64,000 bases of DNA. It comes from a virus. A program made the translations under genes and the position numbers. The notes beneath the pieces are model-generated. The model was given only the letters and a program-made list of their open reading frames with translations, had not been told where the DNA came from and made no database searches. Below, piece by piece: positions 1-9,111 of the stretch (positions within the stretch are counted from its first letter, which is position 1; the number at the start of each line of letters is the position of its first letter). The stretch lies in the IMG/VR virus record IMGVR_UViG_3300017613_001314, positions 1 through 64,000 of that record; one strand, given 5' to 3'.

Positions 1-634
1 AAACGGAGATTTGATAGAAAATGTAGATGGTCTTAAAGGATGGGATTTTGGTGGTACTAATGAGCGTGGGGATGTTGCTGATAGTGCGGAACAAAGTTTA
101 CTTTCTAATTTTACTGTGGAAACATTTTATGATTTTAATAATTCAGGAGTAACTACAGAAGTATTTAATAAATTTAATTCTGGCAACACGGCAGGATGGG
201 GATTTATTATCAATGGAACTATAGGGCCATTTTTTGGTTTTAAAGTAGCTAATACTACTTATACACGTTATGCAAGATTGGATATTCCTACTGGAGTAAA
301 TTATTTTGGTGGTTATTATCCAGGAGACGGAAATGATCCAAGTATAGTTTTTAATCAAAATCACGAAACATCTTGGGATAAAGATTCAGGTGGAGCAGGA
401 GCATTAAATGGAATAACTGATTCAGGACAAGCAGTTAAATTTGCTTACGGTAATACTTTTCATGGCTCAACACTTTATGGAATTGTTAAAGTTTTTGAAT
501 GTAGATATTCTAAAGTTGAAAGAAATGTAGATTGGAGACAAGCAACTTATCATTCCTTAATTGATAATTTAATTACATTTGAAAGAAGCATTAGTTCATC
601 AAGCATAAGTAGTTCGAGCAGTAGTACAGCATAA
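1..634 (+). CDS. Structural-like protein with a C-terminal poly-Ser tail; the 5' end lies outside the window
   Basis: The frame is open from position 2, and the TTG at 11 is only the first in-window start. It is Gly/Asn/Thr-rich and ends SISSSSISSSSSSTA. Confidence 0.5.
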   Translation, partial: NGDLIENVDGLKGWDFGGTNERGDVADSAEQSLLSNFTVETFYDFNNSGVTTEVFNKFNSGNTAGWGFIINGTIGPFFGFKVANTTYTRYARLDIPTGVNYFGGYYPGDGNDPSIVFNQNHETSWDKDSGGAGALNGITDSGQAVKFAYGNTFHGSTLYGIVKVFECRYSKVERNVDWRQATYHSLIDNLITFERSISSSSISSSSSSTA

Positions 635-682
635 GGATAAATAGAATAAATGGCAATATATTTAGAAGAGGTATTTTAATTA

Positions 683-1891
683 ATGGCGGCATGGGAAGCA
701 ACAAGACTTAGAAGAAGATATAAAAATCTATCTTGTGGAACAGATGAAGCAGAATTATATGCATTTATACAGTGGTTAGAAGAAAGATTCATTTACTCAA
801 GTTCAAGTACTTCTTCGAGTTCATCTAGTTCAAGTAGTGTATCATTCAGTTCATCGAGTCAGAGTTCAACTAGTTCTAGCTCAAGCAGTGTATCAATTAG
901 TTCAAGCAGTACTTCATCGAGTTCAAGCAGTACTTCATCGAGTTCAAGTTCGAGTTCATCGAGTTCGAGCCTTAGCAGTTCTAGCTCTTCGAGCAGTGGA
1001 TCGTCAAGTTCATCATCAAGTAGCACTTCATCGAGCAGTAGTTCTGACTCATCGAGCAGTAGTTCAACATCAAGTAGTAGTTTCTCTTGTTATATTACAC
1101 CAGATGATGATTTCGATCAACCAGATGGAACACTACCTGATACACAAAAATGGACATATCCAACTTCGGCAGGTATTATGATAATAAGCGGCGGCGAACT
1201 TATAATGGGCGTAGATAGTATAGAAAATCTATCTAAGATAAAATCAAGATGGGCTATACAACCACTTGAAAATTTTGATGTTCAAACTGACTGGAGAGAA
1301 ATATCAACAGACCCAACGTCCAGATGGAATGTAGGATTTGAAGTACTACAATTTAACGACACCAAAGGCACAAGAATTTATAAGAGAGCCTATACAACTA
1401 CAATAACAGAAGAACTAGTATCCGGTGCTACTATAGTTAGTAATACAAATGTCACAGCAGCAGCAACTAGCGGTTCATTTAGAATCACCAGAATCGGTCA
1501 GGATTGGCAGTCATATTATTGGAATGGATCAGCTTGGGTTCCAGTCGGTGGTCCTTATACATTAGAGACCATTAACCCTGTAAATGTAAGATTGTATTTA
1601 GATAATAGTGATTCAACACCAAGTGTATCAGCGGCATTTGATAACTTCCTAATGGTTAGTGGTGGGTTCATCTGTCCGGGTAGCAGTTCTAGTTCATCGA
1701 GCAGTACTTCATCGAGCAGTACTTCATCGAGCAGTAGTTCTAGCACGAGTTCCAGTTCATTGAGTAGTACTTCATCGAGCAGTACTTCATCGAGCAGTAG
1801 TTCACTAAGTTCAAGCAGTTCAAGTTCAAGTGAGTCATCAAGTTCAAGAAGTTCAAGTTCTGAAAGTGAGTCAATAAGCATAACACCATAA
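683..1891 (+). CDS. Protein with N- and C-terminal poly-Ser/Thr linkers flanking a central beta-rich globular domain (possible lectin/adhesin or fibre-like)
   Basis: 402-aa ORF. Residues ~38-130 and ~335-402 are almost pure S/T, encoded by AGY/TCN repeats. The central domain is non-repetitive. Confidence 0.6.
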   Translation: MAAWEATRLRRRYKNLSCGTDEAELYAFIQWLEERFIYSSSSTSSSSSSSSSVSFSSSSQSSTSSSSSSVSISSSSTSSSSSSTSSSSSSSSSSSSLSSSSSSSSGSSSSSSSSTSSSSSSDSSSSSSTSSSSFSCYITPDDDFDQPDGTLPDTQKWTYPTSAGIMIISGGELIMGVDSIENLSKIKSRWAIQPLENFDVQTDWREISTDPTSRWNVGFEVLQFNDTKGTRIYKRAYTTTITEELVSGATIVSNTNVTAAATSGSFRITRIGQDWQSYYWNGSAWVPVGGPYTLETINPVNVRLYLDNSDSTPSVSAAFDNFLMVSGGFICPGSSSSSSSSTSSSSTSSSSSSSTSSSSLSSTSSSSTSSSSSSLSSSSSSSSESSSSRSSSSESESISITP

Positions 1892-2256
1892 TGAAATTTA
1901 AAAAATACATAGATGATTTCAGAAATTTAAATATCGGCATCGTTGATAAGGATACCGGGAACAAGGAACTTGTACGCAAGGTTCAAGAGGAATTTAAATT
2001 AGAAAGTGACGTAGTTAATCAGATAGATGCGCTAAATAAGTTACTGAAGAGGAAGTCAAAATTTGATTTCATACTCGGTGATAGTGTAGAAAGCTCTATC
2101 TTGGAAAAGAAATTTAGAATTAAGAAACGGTCAATGGACAAGCTCAAAATGAAATTCTTAGAAATGAGTAGTGAGCTTGCCAAGACCAAAAGAGAAGTAG
2201 AAAACAAAATATCACTTCAATCTGACGGGTCTACAAAAGATACCGGTATAGTCTAG
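1891..2256 (+). CDS. Hypothetical K/E-rich protein
   Basis: 121-aa ORF whose ATG overlaps the upstream stop (ATGA). Same-strand operon context. Confidence 0.45.
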   Translation: MKFKKYIDDFRNLNIGIVDKDTGNKELVRKVQEEFKLESDVVNQIDALNKLLKRKSKFDFILGDSVESSILEKKFRIKKRSMDKLKMKFLEMSSELAKTKREVENKISLQSDGSTKDTGIV

Positions 2257-2299
2257 TCCTTAGCGTTACACAGATTGATGGACTTAAAAGGAGACAATT

Positions 2300-3274
2300 G
2301 TGAGACAATTAGCGCATAGGTATGTGTTGACGGAAAACTGTAATGCGACTTGTAAGCACTGCTTTAATGCAGAAGCAAGAGATAAAGGGGTGATGGATGC
2401 AGACCTTTTTATAGAATTTGTAAGAAAAAACTCTATTAATTTATCAGGTGTGGTCTGTAAAATTATGGGAGGAGAACCAACTCTTCATCCAAGAATAATT
2501 GAAATTGCTTTAGAAGCATCTAAACACTATGGTTTAGTAGATATTTTTACCAATGGATCAAGGTTGAATAAAATTACTAAACATCCAAATATAATCAAAG
2601 AGCATTTTAAAGATAAAATAGGGTATATCATAAATGGTTATGTATTTGACTTAGATCAGTACGAACAGTATAAAGAATTTGTTAAACAGTTATGTCTACA
2701 TTTTGTAATAACTCCATGGGGATATAAAGAAACACTTCAAAAGATGTATGACTGTATGGATTATCAAAATGATACTGATCTTCAATACTTAATATCATGT
2801 GATACGCAAGTTGATTTATTTAATCAAGAAGAGTTAAACATTTACAGAAAAATATGGTTAGAATTTATCAAAGAAATTATACCAGCTTTACAGAATAGAG
2901 GTATACAATGGGCAACAGATCATAAATTTCCAGCCTGTTTTTTCACACAAGAAATGCTAGATGAATTAAATCTCGTTGATCTTGGTAATTTTCACTTTGG
3001 TGTTTCATGTTGCCAGTGTCCTGATATTGGATTGATAGATTGGAATTGGGATTTTTGGTATTGTAATCAAACTAGGATAAAACTAGGTTCTGTTTTAAAG
3101 GAGAGTGGTGAATTAAAAACAGTAGTGGATTTAATGAATGAATATATTACACCATCACATGGTTTTAAAACAGAATGCATTAAAAATTTAAGAACAGAGT
3201 GTAATGATTGTCCTGCAGTGAGTTCATGTAGGGTAGGTTGTTATTACAATACACTCGTTAAGCACTGTAGTTAA
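2300..3274 (+). CDS. Radical SAM enzyme with C-terminal SPASM/twitch-like Cys-rich domain
   Basis: CNATCKHC (Cx3Cx2C) sits at residues 14-21 and GGEPTLHP is present. The C-terminus has CCQCPD...C...CNDCPAVSSCRVGC auxiliary-cluster cysteines. GTG start with AAAGGAG RBS. Confidence 0.8.
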   Translation: MRQLAHRYVLTENCNATCKHCFNAEARDKGVMDADLFIEFVRKNSINLSGVVCKIMGGEPTLHPRIIEIALEASKHYGLVDIFTNGSRLNKITKHPNIIKEHFKDKIGYIINGYVFDLDQYEQYKEFVKQLCLHFVITPWGYKETLQKMYDCMDYQNDTDLQYLISCDTQVDLFNQEELNIYRKIWLEFIKEIIPALQNRGIQWATDHKFPACFFTQEMLDELNLVDLGNFHFGVSCCQCPDIGLIDWNWDFWYCNQTRIKLGSVLKESGELKTVVDLMNEYITPSHGFKTECIKNLRTECNDCPAVSSCRVGCYYNTLVKHCS

Positions 3275-3285
3275 AGGAGGGAAAA

Positions 3286-3837
3286 ATGAAATTTTCTGGC
3301 ATTGAAATGGAAGGATATTTTAAGGCACAGATTGTAGCAAACGCTAGTTTTCTACCATATACATCGGACGATGAAGGAAGAATAGTATATGATGAAGCAA
3401 CAAAGTCATTATGGATAGCAGATGATACAGATTGGAAATCAACGGGAGAATATAACAATATTCCAGAAAACTCGGTAATGTGGGTTTATGCTGATTCTCC
3501 ACCAGATGGATGGTCTTTATTCGCATCAAGTGGTGATAGACTTCTTGCAATTAAAGGTGGTTCTACTTATAATGTAGGTAGTCAGGTAAAGGGTTCATGG
3601 GCCACACCGTCTCATCAACACTCATTACAGAACCATACACATACAGCACAGGGTAATACAGGTCCACCAAGTGCTAATAATTCTTCATATGATACATCAA
3701 CATGGTCCAGATTACCGAATCACTACCACCCTATTAGTTCAGCAACATCTGGTCCAAGTACTAATGTAACGGGTATAGGTGGTTCGGCGAGTACTTATAG
3801 ACCAAGAGCCCGTGTAGGAATACTATGTTCAAGATAA
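3286..3837 (+). CDS. Phage tail-collar domain (MdpB-like) protein, paralog 1
   Basis: The MW..PPDGW..GD.LLA.KGG...G and His-rich P.H.HSL.NH.H motifs are typical of the tail-collar fold. The N-terminal 50 aa are conserved with the next two ORFs. One Cys lies in the C-terminal YRP..RVGILC motif. AGGAGG RBS. Confidence 0.7.
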   Translation: MKFSGIEMEGYFKAQIVANASFLPYTSDDEGRIVYDEATKSLWIADDTDWKSTGEYNNIPENSVMWVYADSPPDGWSLFASSGDRLLAIKGGSTYNVGSQVKGSWATPSHQHSLQNHTHTAQGNTGPPSANNSSYDTSTWSRLPNHYHPISSATSGPSTNVTGIGGSASTYRPRARVGILCSR

Positions 3838-3849
3838 GGAGAAAATAAA

Positions 3850-4401
3850 ATGAAGTTTCATGGAATTACAATGAAAGGAGAGTATAAAGCTCAAATAGTG
3901 GTAGATGCTAGTACTCTGCCATATACTATTAGTGATGAAAGGAGAATAGTATATGACCAAACAACAAAACAACTGTGGATAGCTGATAGTTCCGAGTGGA
4001 AATCAGCCGGTCAAAACGGAGATATACCCATAGGAACAGAAATGTGGTTTTATGCTAACTCAGCACCAGATGGATGGACTTTAAATGGAACACCAAGTGA
4101 CCAGTTACTCGCAGTTGAAGGCGGTAGTACTTATACCACAGGTGGTGCGGCCGCAGGTAGTTTTACTATGCCAAATCACTCACATAGTTTAAACAGTCAT
4201 ATTCACCGCTTTGCAGGAAACACATCTACGTTAAATCGTTACATACATAAAGGTGATGATTATGTCGCAGGAGTAGGCACTCACTATCATACATATGATA
4301 TAGGGTCAACTGGTCCGAGTCCGAGCACAACTGATAGTAGTGGTAGTGTAGCAGGGTACAGACCAGAATCACATGTAGGTATAATTTGTACAAAAAATTA
4401 A
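3850..4401 (+). CDS. Phage tail-collar domain (MdpB-like) protein, paralog 2
   Basis: Same architecture as 3286-3837. C-terminal YRPESHVGIIC. AAGGAG RBS. Confidence 0.7.
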   Translation: MKFHGITMKGEYKAQIVVDASTLPYTISDERRIVYDQTTKQLWIADSSEWKSAGQNGDIPIGTEMWFYANSAPDGWTLNGTPSDQLLAVEGGSTYTTGGAAAGSFTMPNHSHSLNSHIHRFAGNTSTLNRYIHKGDDYVAGVGTHYHTYDIGSTGPSPSTTDSSGSVAGYRPESHVGIICTKN

Positions 4402-4413
4402 AGGAGAAAAACA

Positions 4414-4971
4414 ATGGATTTTCATGGCATTGAAATGCAAGGATATTTTAAAGCACAGACTGTATTAGACGCTAGTGCTTTATCATGGGTACCTAATGAT
4501 GAGGGCAAGATAGTATTTGATGAAACAACAGAAGATTTATGGATAGCAAATGATACAGATTGGGTAAGTTCTAGTAGGTATGTTGATACACCTTTAGGCA
4601 CAGAAATGTGGATTTATGATAGCTCAGCACCAGATGGATGGAGCATAAGTGCTGTTGCTGGAGATGAACTACTTGCGGTTAAAGGTGGTACTTATGCGGT
4701 AGGTGGTACGGTATATGGTAGTTGGAGCACACCAACCCACGCACATACACTGAGCAATCATACTCACTCTACAAGTGGAACTGTAGGACAAAACTATTCA
4801 AACTCTTTTGGAAGCAATCGTTCCGGTGGTGATGAAGTTGTAGGATACCATAGTTCTCATACATATAGTGCGACCAGTTATACACTAACACCATCGAATA
4901 CAGACACGAGCGGTTCGGTAAGTACTTATAGACCAGAGTCTCGTGTAGGATTAATTTGTGAAAGAACTTAA
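4414..4971 (+). CDS. Phage tail-collar domain (MdpB-like) protein, paralog 3
   Basis: Same architecture. C-terminal YRPESRVGLIC. AAAGGAG RBS. Confidence 0.7.
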   Translation: MDFHGIEMQGYFKAQTVLDASALSWVPNDEGKIVFDETTEDLWIANDTDWVSSSRYVDTPLGTEMWIYDSSAPDGWSISAVAGDELLAVKGGTYAVGGTVYGSWSTPTHAHTLSNHTHSTSGTVGQNYSNSFGSNRSGGDEVVGYHSSHTYSATSYTLTPSNTDTSGSVSTYRPESRVGLICERT

Positions 4972-4982
4972 AAGGAGATAAA

Positions 4983-5345
4983 ATGATAAAACGTGAATTA
5001 GAACCAACCTGTATGGGAGAAACATGTCCATTTTGGTCAGTGGATGATGATAGTAGAGTAATATGTCCAATGTTTATTCAAACAATTTGGTCAGTTAAAG
5101 GTAGCAACCAACCAAAAACAGTGAATGATTGCGCACCTAAAAGAAATACTCTACTACTAATGGATTACTCAGAAAGAGCAATAGGTATTCAGCAAGATTA
5201 TGAGGGACAGCGAAATAAATATGAAAAAGTACTAGTTAAGGTAAGTGACATATTTGAAGAGGTTCAGAAGAGAAATAAAATGTTGGAAGAAAAGCTATGC
5301 TTAGAAGAACCCGAAAATGTAGACTTTACGAAAGCATTAGAATAA
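4983..5345 (+). CDS. Small Cys-containing hypothetical protein, last gene of the rSAM operon
   Basis: 120 aa with five Cys (TCMGETCPFW, ICPMF). AAGGAG RBS lies 7 nt upstream. Confidence 0.5.
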   Translation: MIKRELEPTCMGETCPFWSVDDDSRVICPMFIQTIWSVKGSNQPKTVNDCAPKRNTLLLMDYSERAIGIQQDYEGQRNKYEKVLVKVSDIFEEVQKRNKMLEEKLCLEEPENVDFTKALE

Positions 5346-5348
5346 CAG

Positions 5349-5377
5349 TTTACTTTTACTAACTGCTCTGATATAAT
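5349..5377 (+). promoter_or_regulatory. Sigma70-like early promoter P1 (TTTACT-N17-TATAAT) upstream of gp55
   Basis: -35 TTTACT, 17-nt spacer, -10 TATAAT followed by AAGT. The same motif recurs at five other sites. Confidence 0.5.
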
Positions 5378-5407
5378 AAGTAAAAAAGTCGGGAGAAGAA
5401 AGGGGGA

Positions 5408-5866
5408 ATGGGTAAAGAAAGATACTATGTCCGTAATAAGGACTTACTACCAAAGGTAGAGGATTATAAAGAGAGTGGAGTAATTAGTGAAGAGCTTGGT
5501 AAAATGGTGTTTCAAATAGCATCAAACTATTCAAATAAGGGTAGTTTTGCTAGCTATACGTGGAAAGAAGATATGATTATGGAAGCAGTACTTACCTGCT
5601 TCAAATACATGCACAACTTTGATCCAACCAAACAAAAGCAACCGAATCCGTTTGCTTACTTCACTACAATTATACATAATGCCTTCATTAACTATATCAG
5701 AAAGCAAAATAAGCACAGTGAGATAAAAGATATATGTTATAAGAAGGCTTTTGTTTTGGACGAAGACCTCAATGGTGTCCATTACACAGCTAAAGGAATT
5801 GACTATAGAATGTTAAGACAATTCGAAAGCCCAAGGAAGAAAAAGAAAGCAAAAGCAAAGAAGTAA
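5408..5866 (+). CDS. gp55: Late-transcription sigma factor gp55
   Basis: SYTWKEDMIMEAV...HNFDPTKQKQPNPFAYFTTIIHNAFINYIRK aligns with the T4 gp55 core ([46 protein letters not shown]). Synteny 55-47. Confidence 0.85.
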   Translation: MGKERYYVRNKDLLPKVEDYKESGVISEELGKMVFQIASNYSNKGSFASYTWKEDMIMEAVLTCFKYMHNFDPTKQKQPNPFAYFTTIIHNAFINYIRKQNKHSEIKDICYKKAFVLDEDLNGVHYTAKGIDYRMLRQFESPRKKKKAKAKK

Positions 5867-5882
5867 CGGGGGATAGTAAACT

Positions 5883-6863
5883 GTGAAGCACTTGTTAGTT
5901 ACCGACACACATTTGGGTTTATACAATGACTCAGACGTGTGGCACAATGTCGTATTAGAGTTATTTAATGACATAAGACAGACATGTCATAAAGAAAAAA
6001 TAAAAAGCATTATACATCTTGGTGACTTCTTTCACAATAGGAAGGCAATAAACACCAAGACTCAAACAGTAGCCCAAGAGATAGTAGACCTTCTCTATGG
6101 GCTAGATTTATATATAATAGTGGGTAATCACGATACCTACTATAAAAACAAAATTCAACCAACAAGCCTACGAATGTTCAGACATGATAAGAATGTCCAC
6201 TTAGTACAAAGCACAACATTTTTAGATAATATTGTGCTAGTACCATGGGGTGGTGAAATACATCCAACTCATATAAAGTACTGCATGGGGCATTTTGCAA
6301 TTAGTGGATTCCACATGAATGATTCGTACGTCTGCAAAAAAGGGGATGACCCATCTATATTCAGTCAGTTCCAGAAAGTATATTCTGGTCATTTCCACAC
6401 ACCTTCCACTCAAGGTAAAATCACTTACCTTGGATCACCATATCAACAAACATTCCATGATGCCGATAGTACTCGAGGATATTATATATTTGAGGACGGA
6501 GAAATTGAGTTCGTAGAGTTCAAAAAATACCCGCATTTTGTCAAAATGAATACAGAAAATATCAGCAAAAAGGCTATAGAGGGAAACATCATAAAACTGA
6601 CGTTTGAATCTGATTATGGGACGAGGGAAAATGAGTATATTATTGAGGATGTAATGAGTAGAAATCCTCACCAAATACATGTAGATTTTTCTAAGGTGTC
6701 GTATGAGGTAGATGATGAACCGGAAGAAGATATACCGGATATGATAGATCACACTGAAATCATAAGAGATTATGTTGGTAAGGTTGATAAGCCAGAAAAT
6801 ATAAAGGAAAAAACACTGTTAGATATAATGTTCAAACTAACGGAGGAAATCGAAAATGGCTAA
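5883..6863 (+). CDS. gp47: Recombination endonuclease subunit gp47 (Mre11/SbcD-like)
   Basis: Calcineurin-like phosphoesterase motifs DTHLG, GDFFH and GNHD are present. It lies immediately after gp55 as in T4. Confidence 0.85.
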   Translation: MKHLLVTDTHLGLYNDSDVWHNVVLELFNDIRQTCHKEKIKSIIHLGDFFHNRKAINTKTQTVAQEIVDLLYGLDLYIIVGNHDTYYKNKIQPTSLRMFRHDKNVHLVQSTTFLDNIVLVPWGGEIHPTHIKYCMGHFAISGFHMNDSYVCKKGDDPSIFSQFQKVYSGHFHTPSTQGKITYLGSPYQQTFHDADSTRGYYIFEDGEIEFVEFKKYPHFVKMNTENISKKAIEGNIIKLTFESDYGTRENEYIIEDVMSRNPHQIHVDFSKVSYEVDDEPEEDIPDMIDHTEIIRDYVGKVDKPENIKEKTLLDIMFKLTEEIENG

Positions 6864-7065
6864 CGAGCCAACGGGAGAGTTTATAGGAGTAAGAAAAATC
6901 AATGTAGTATTAAGTAAGAAAGACTGGTGTGGGTACAAAGGAGAGTGTAAAGAAGGTTTGAATATAAAGACCCTTTGTTGGAACTGTATGTGGATGAATA
7001 AGTTCGACATACCAAAACTGGTCGAGGAGATATTAAAGAATGGCAATGACGACAAATTGGAATGA
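6856..7065 (+). CDS. Small Cys-rich hypothetical protein
   Basis: 69 aa containing CGYKGECKEG...CWNC. It overlaps the gp47 stop. Confidence 0.4.
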   Translation: MANEPTGEFIGVRKINVVLSKKDWCGYKGECKEGLNIKTLCWNCMWMNKFDIPKLVEEILKNGNDDKLE

Positions 7066-7468
7066 TTCATACACAACATCAACAAATTATTATACAACAT
7101 CAACAGCAAGTGATAGTCAAAAATGGTATTATTATAGTACTGATGGAGAAATGCTACGAGCAGATCAGCCACCACAGGAACATACACATAATCATACAAT
7201 AGGTATGTGGCAACAACCAAAACATGAAGGAATAAGTTTGAACGGGGAAGAGGTTATGAAATTTAACGATGATGTACAGTTAAGAGTAGATGGAGAATGG
7301 GTATCCGTAAAGGATATGAAGACAAGACTTGATACTATGGAAGTAATCATAGAAAAACTGTATAATCTATTACCAGAGTGGCAAAAACGAATTTTAAATC
7401 TGGATGTAGTTAAAGATAGTAAAGAAGATAAGGATGAATATCTTGATCCTGACTTGTTTAAGGTCTGA
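7040..7468 (+). CDS. Hypothetical protein
   Basis: 142-aa ORF with His-rich HTHNHTIGMW. Operon context. Confidence 0.45.
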   Translation: MAMTTNWNDSYTTSTNYYTTSTASDSQKWYYYSTDGEMLRADQPPQEHTHNHTIGMWQQPKHEGISLNGEEVMKFNDDVQLRVDGEWVSVKDMKTRLDTMEVIIEKLYNLLPEWQKRILNLDVVKDSKEDKDEYLDPDLFKV

Positions 7469-7497
7469 TTTACAACTATCTCGTTTTGTAGTATAAT
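7469..7497 (+). promoter_or_regulatory. Sigma70-like early promoter P2 (TTTACA-N17-TATAAT)
   Basis: TTTACA, 17-nt spacer, then GTAGTATAATAAGT. Same family as P1. Confidence 0.5.
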
Positions 7498-7516
7498 AAG
7501 TCAAAGAATTGAAAAT

Positions 7517-7987
7517 GTGGAGGAGAGATTAATGAGATTTGAAGATGGTAATGGAGAGTCTTATAATGTTATGCGTACAGTTAGAGAAGCACATTTCCCT
7601 GAATTGGCAGGGTGTAACATTAAAATTATATTTGACTTAAAAAAGAGAATGTCTGGTGGGAAAATTATACTTGGTTCAATTCAAAAACCCAATGAATTGA
7701 CTAGGTTTTTTATGATTGACGAGGCGGGTACTGATGAAGGTTTTGACTATGTTGTCAGGCTCGACAAAAAATGTTGGGACTTAATGGAACTTGAAGATAA
7801 GAAAAGATTGGTTAGGCATGAGTTAAAACATACCGATGTTGACTTCGATGCCACTACACCATACAAAATTCGTGGTCATACAATAGAGGACTTTTACTCT
7901 GAAGTCACTCTAAATGAGGATGATCCAAGATGGGCAGAACGAGTAGCGCTATCAACCTTGTCAGCCTATGAGGCAGAAAGAGGATAA
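7517..7987 (+). CDS. HExxH-motif protein (putative small zinc metallopeptidase/SprT-like)
   Basis: 156 aa with RHELKHTD (HExxH). GTG start with GGAGGAG RBS. Confidence 0.5.
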   Translation: MEERLMRFEDGNGESYNVMRTVREAHFPELAGCNIKIIFDLKKRMSGGKIILGSIQKPNELTRFFMIDEAGTDEGFDYVVRLDKKCWDLMELEDKKRLVRHELKHTDVDFDATTPYKIRGHTIEDFYSEVTLNEDDPRWAERVALSTLSAYEAERG

Positions 7988-8151
7988 TGAAAGAATATAG
8001 AATATTATCAGAAAAAATATCTGGTGCGGCTAAAACATTTATTCAAAAGTGTTTGAATGACAATTCTCAATCAGGATGGATTTTCAAACAAATTATAATA
8101 AATGAGTCAGTAGATGAATATATTATTATAATGGAAAGGGATTATTAGTTA
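7987..8151 (+). CDS. Small hypothetical protein (54 aa, below the ORF-track cutoff)
   Basis: ATG overlaps the upstream stop (TAATG). Open frame MKEYRILSEKISGAAKTFIQKCLNDNSQSGWIF... ending at ~8151. Confidence 0.25.
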
Positions 8152-8411
8152 TGAGTTGGTTATGGGGATGCATGGTTTTATCTTTTGAAGTAATGATTGG
8201 TACATTAGCATGGGCCGCATTACTTATAGTTGCGAGTATACTGGTTGCATTAGCAATAGGTGGATCAACTGTGGCATGGCCAACCGGACCAAAGAAACCA
8301 GAACGAAAGTTACCGGAAACTTGGCAAGATTGGCAAGAGGAACAAGATGGAGAACTTAAAACTCTTTTAAAAGAAATAGATAAGGATTTAGAAAATGATA
8401 CAAAATCTTAA
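8151..8411 (+). CDS. Small membrane protein
   Basis: 86 aa with two hydrophobic helices (MSWLWGCMVLSFEVMIGTLAWAALLIVASILVALAIGG). Confidence 0.45.
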   Translation: MSWLWGCMVLSFEVMIGTLAWAALLIVASILVALAIGGSTVAWPTGPKKPERKLPETWQDWQEEQDGELKTLLKEIDKDLENDTKS

Positions 8412-9102
8412 AGCTGTTTTATCGGCATTGATGTTGATGATATTAATTTTTTCTATACAAGGTTGTAATTACAGTGAGGGGGATGATGAAGCTCAGGCAT
8501 CATTTGATCTTATGACTACTCAAGAAAAAGCAATGCACGACAAAGCTATGGACACATATGGTGAAAAAAGACTCATGTCTGTAAGGGAAGCGGTTGGAAA
8601 AAGAGGTGTTAGACCAGATGAAAATAAAACACCTTTTATAGATGTGGCAAATGTCATAAAGTTCTGTAATGAAAACATACTGATACCAACAGATGTAGCA
8701 AACAGTACAGATGCACAATTAAAAGCAAAAAAAGCAAATTTTAGTGGTCAAGACTTTAATTGGTATAAGAAAATTATTAAACAGGCAACAGGTGAAGATT
8801 TAGATGAAATTCAAGAAGAAACGGAAAAACTGGCAATAAAAAATTTCGATAGTAGAGTGAAGTTAATGGCAATAATTGAAGAACAAGTTAAAGAAAAAGA
8901 AAGAGTTGTAATTGATAGAGGTGAATTACTACCTCTGGAACAATATAGAGATGTAAAACAAATGGCTAGGGGATGTGAGAGTGCTATAGCTATCGTGGAA
9001 TCTGCGGCGTCACAAGATAGGCCCTTAACACATAAAGATGCGGATGATATACAATATGAAAAATCAGTTTGTGAGACAAAGAAATTAAGCGATAACCTAT
9101 AA
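8395..9102 (+). CDS. Putative lipoprotein
   Basis: Signal peptide followed by lipobox IFSIQGC at residues ~20-26. 235 aa, hydrophilic. Confidence 0.55.
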   Translation: MIQNLKAVLSALMLMILIFSIQGCNYSEGDDEAQASFDLMTTQEKAMHDKAMDTYGEKRLMSVREAVGKRGVRPDENKTPFIDVANVIKFCNENILIPTDVANSTDAQLKAKKANFSGQDFNWYKKIIKQATGEDLDEIQEETEKLAIKNFDSRVKLMAIIEEQVKEKERVVIDRGELLPLEQYRDVKQMARGCESAIAIVESAASQDRPLTHKDADDIQYEKSVCETKKLSDNL

Positions 9103-9111
9103 CAAAGGAGA

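Noticed and set aside
837-1881. Long ORFs 837-1181 (+) and 1555-1881 (-) and 1740-1979 (-) overlapping the poly-Ser gene
   Set aside because: They are alternative-frame or antisense readings of the AGY/TCN trinucleotide repeats, giving low-complexity LELLEL... or QAVLHRVQ... repeats. Artefacts of the repeat, not genes.
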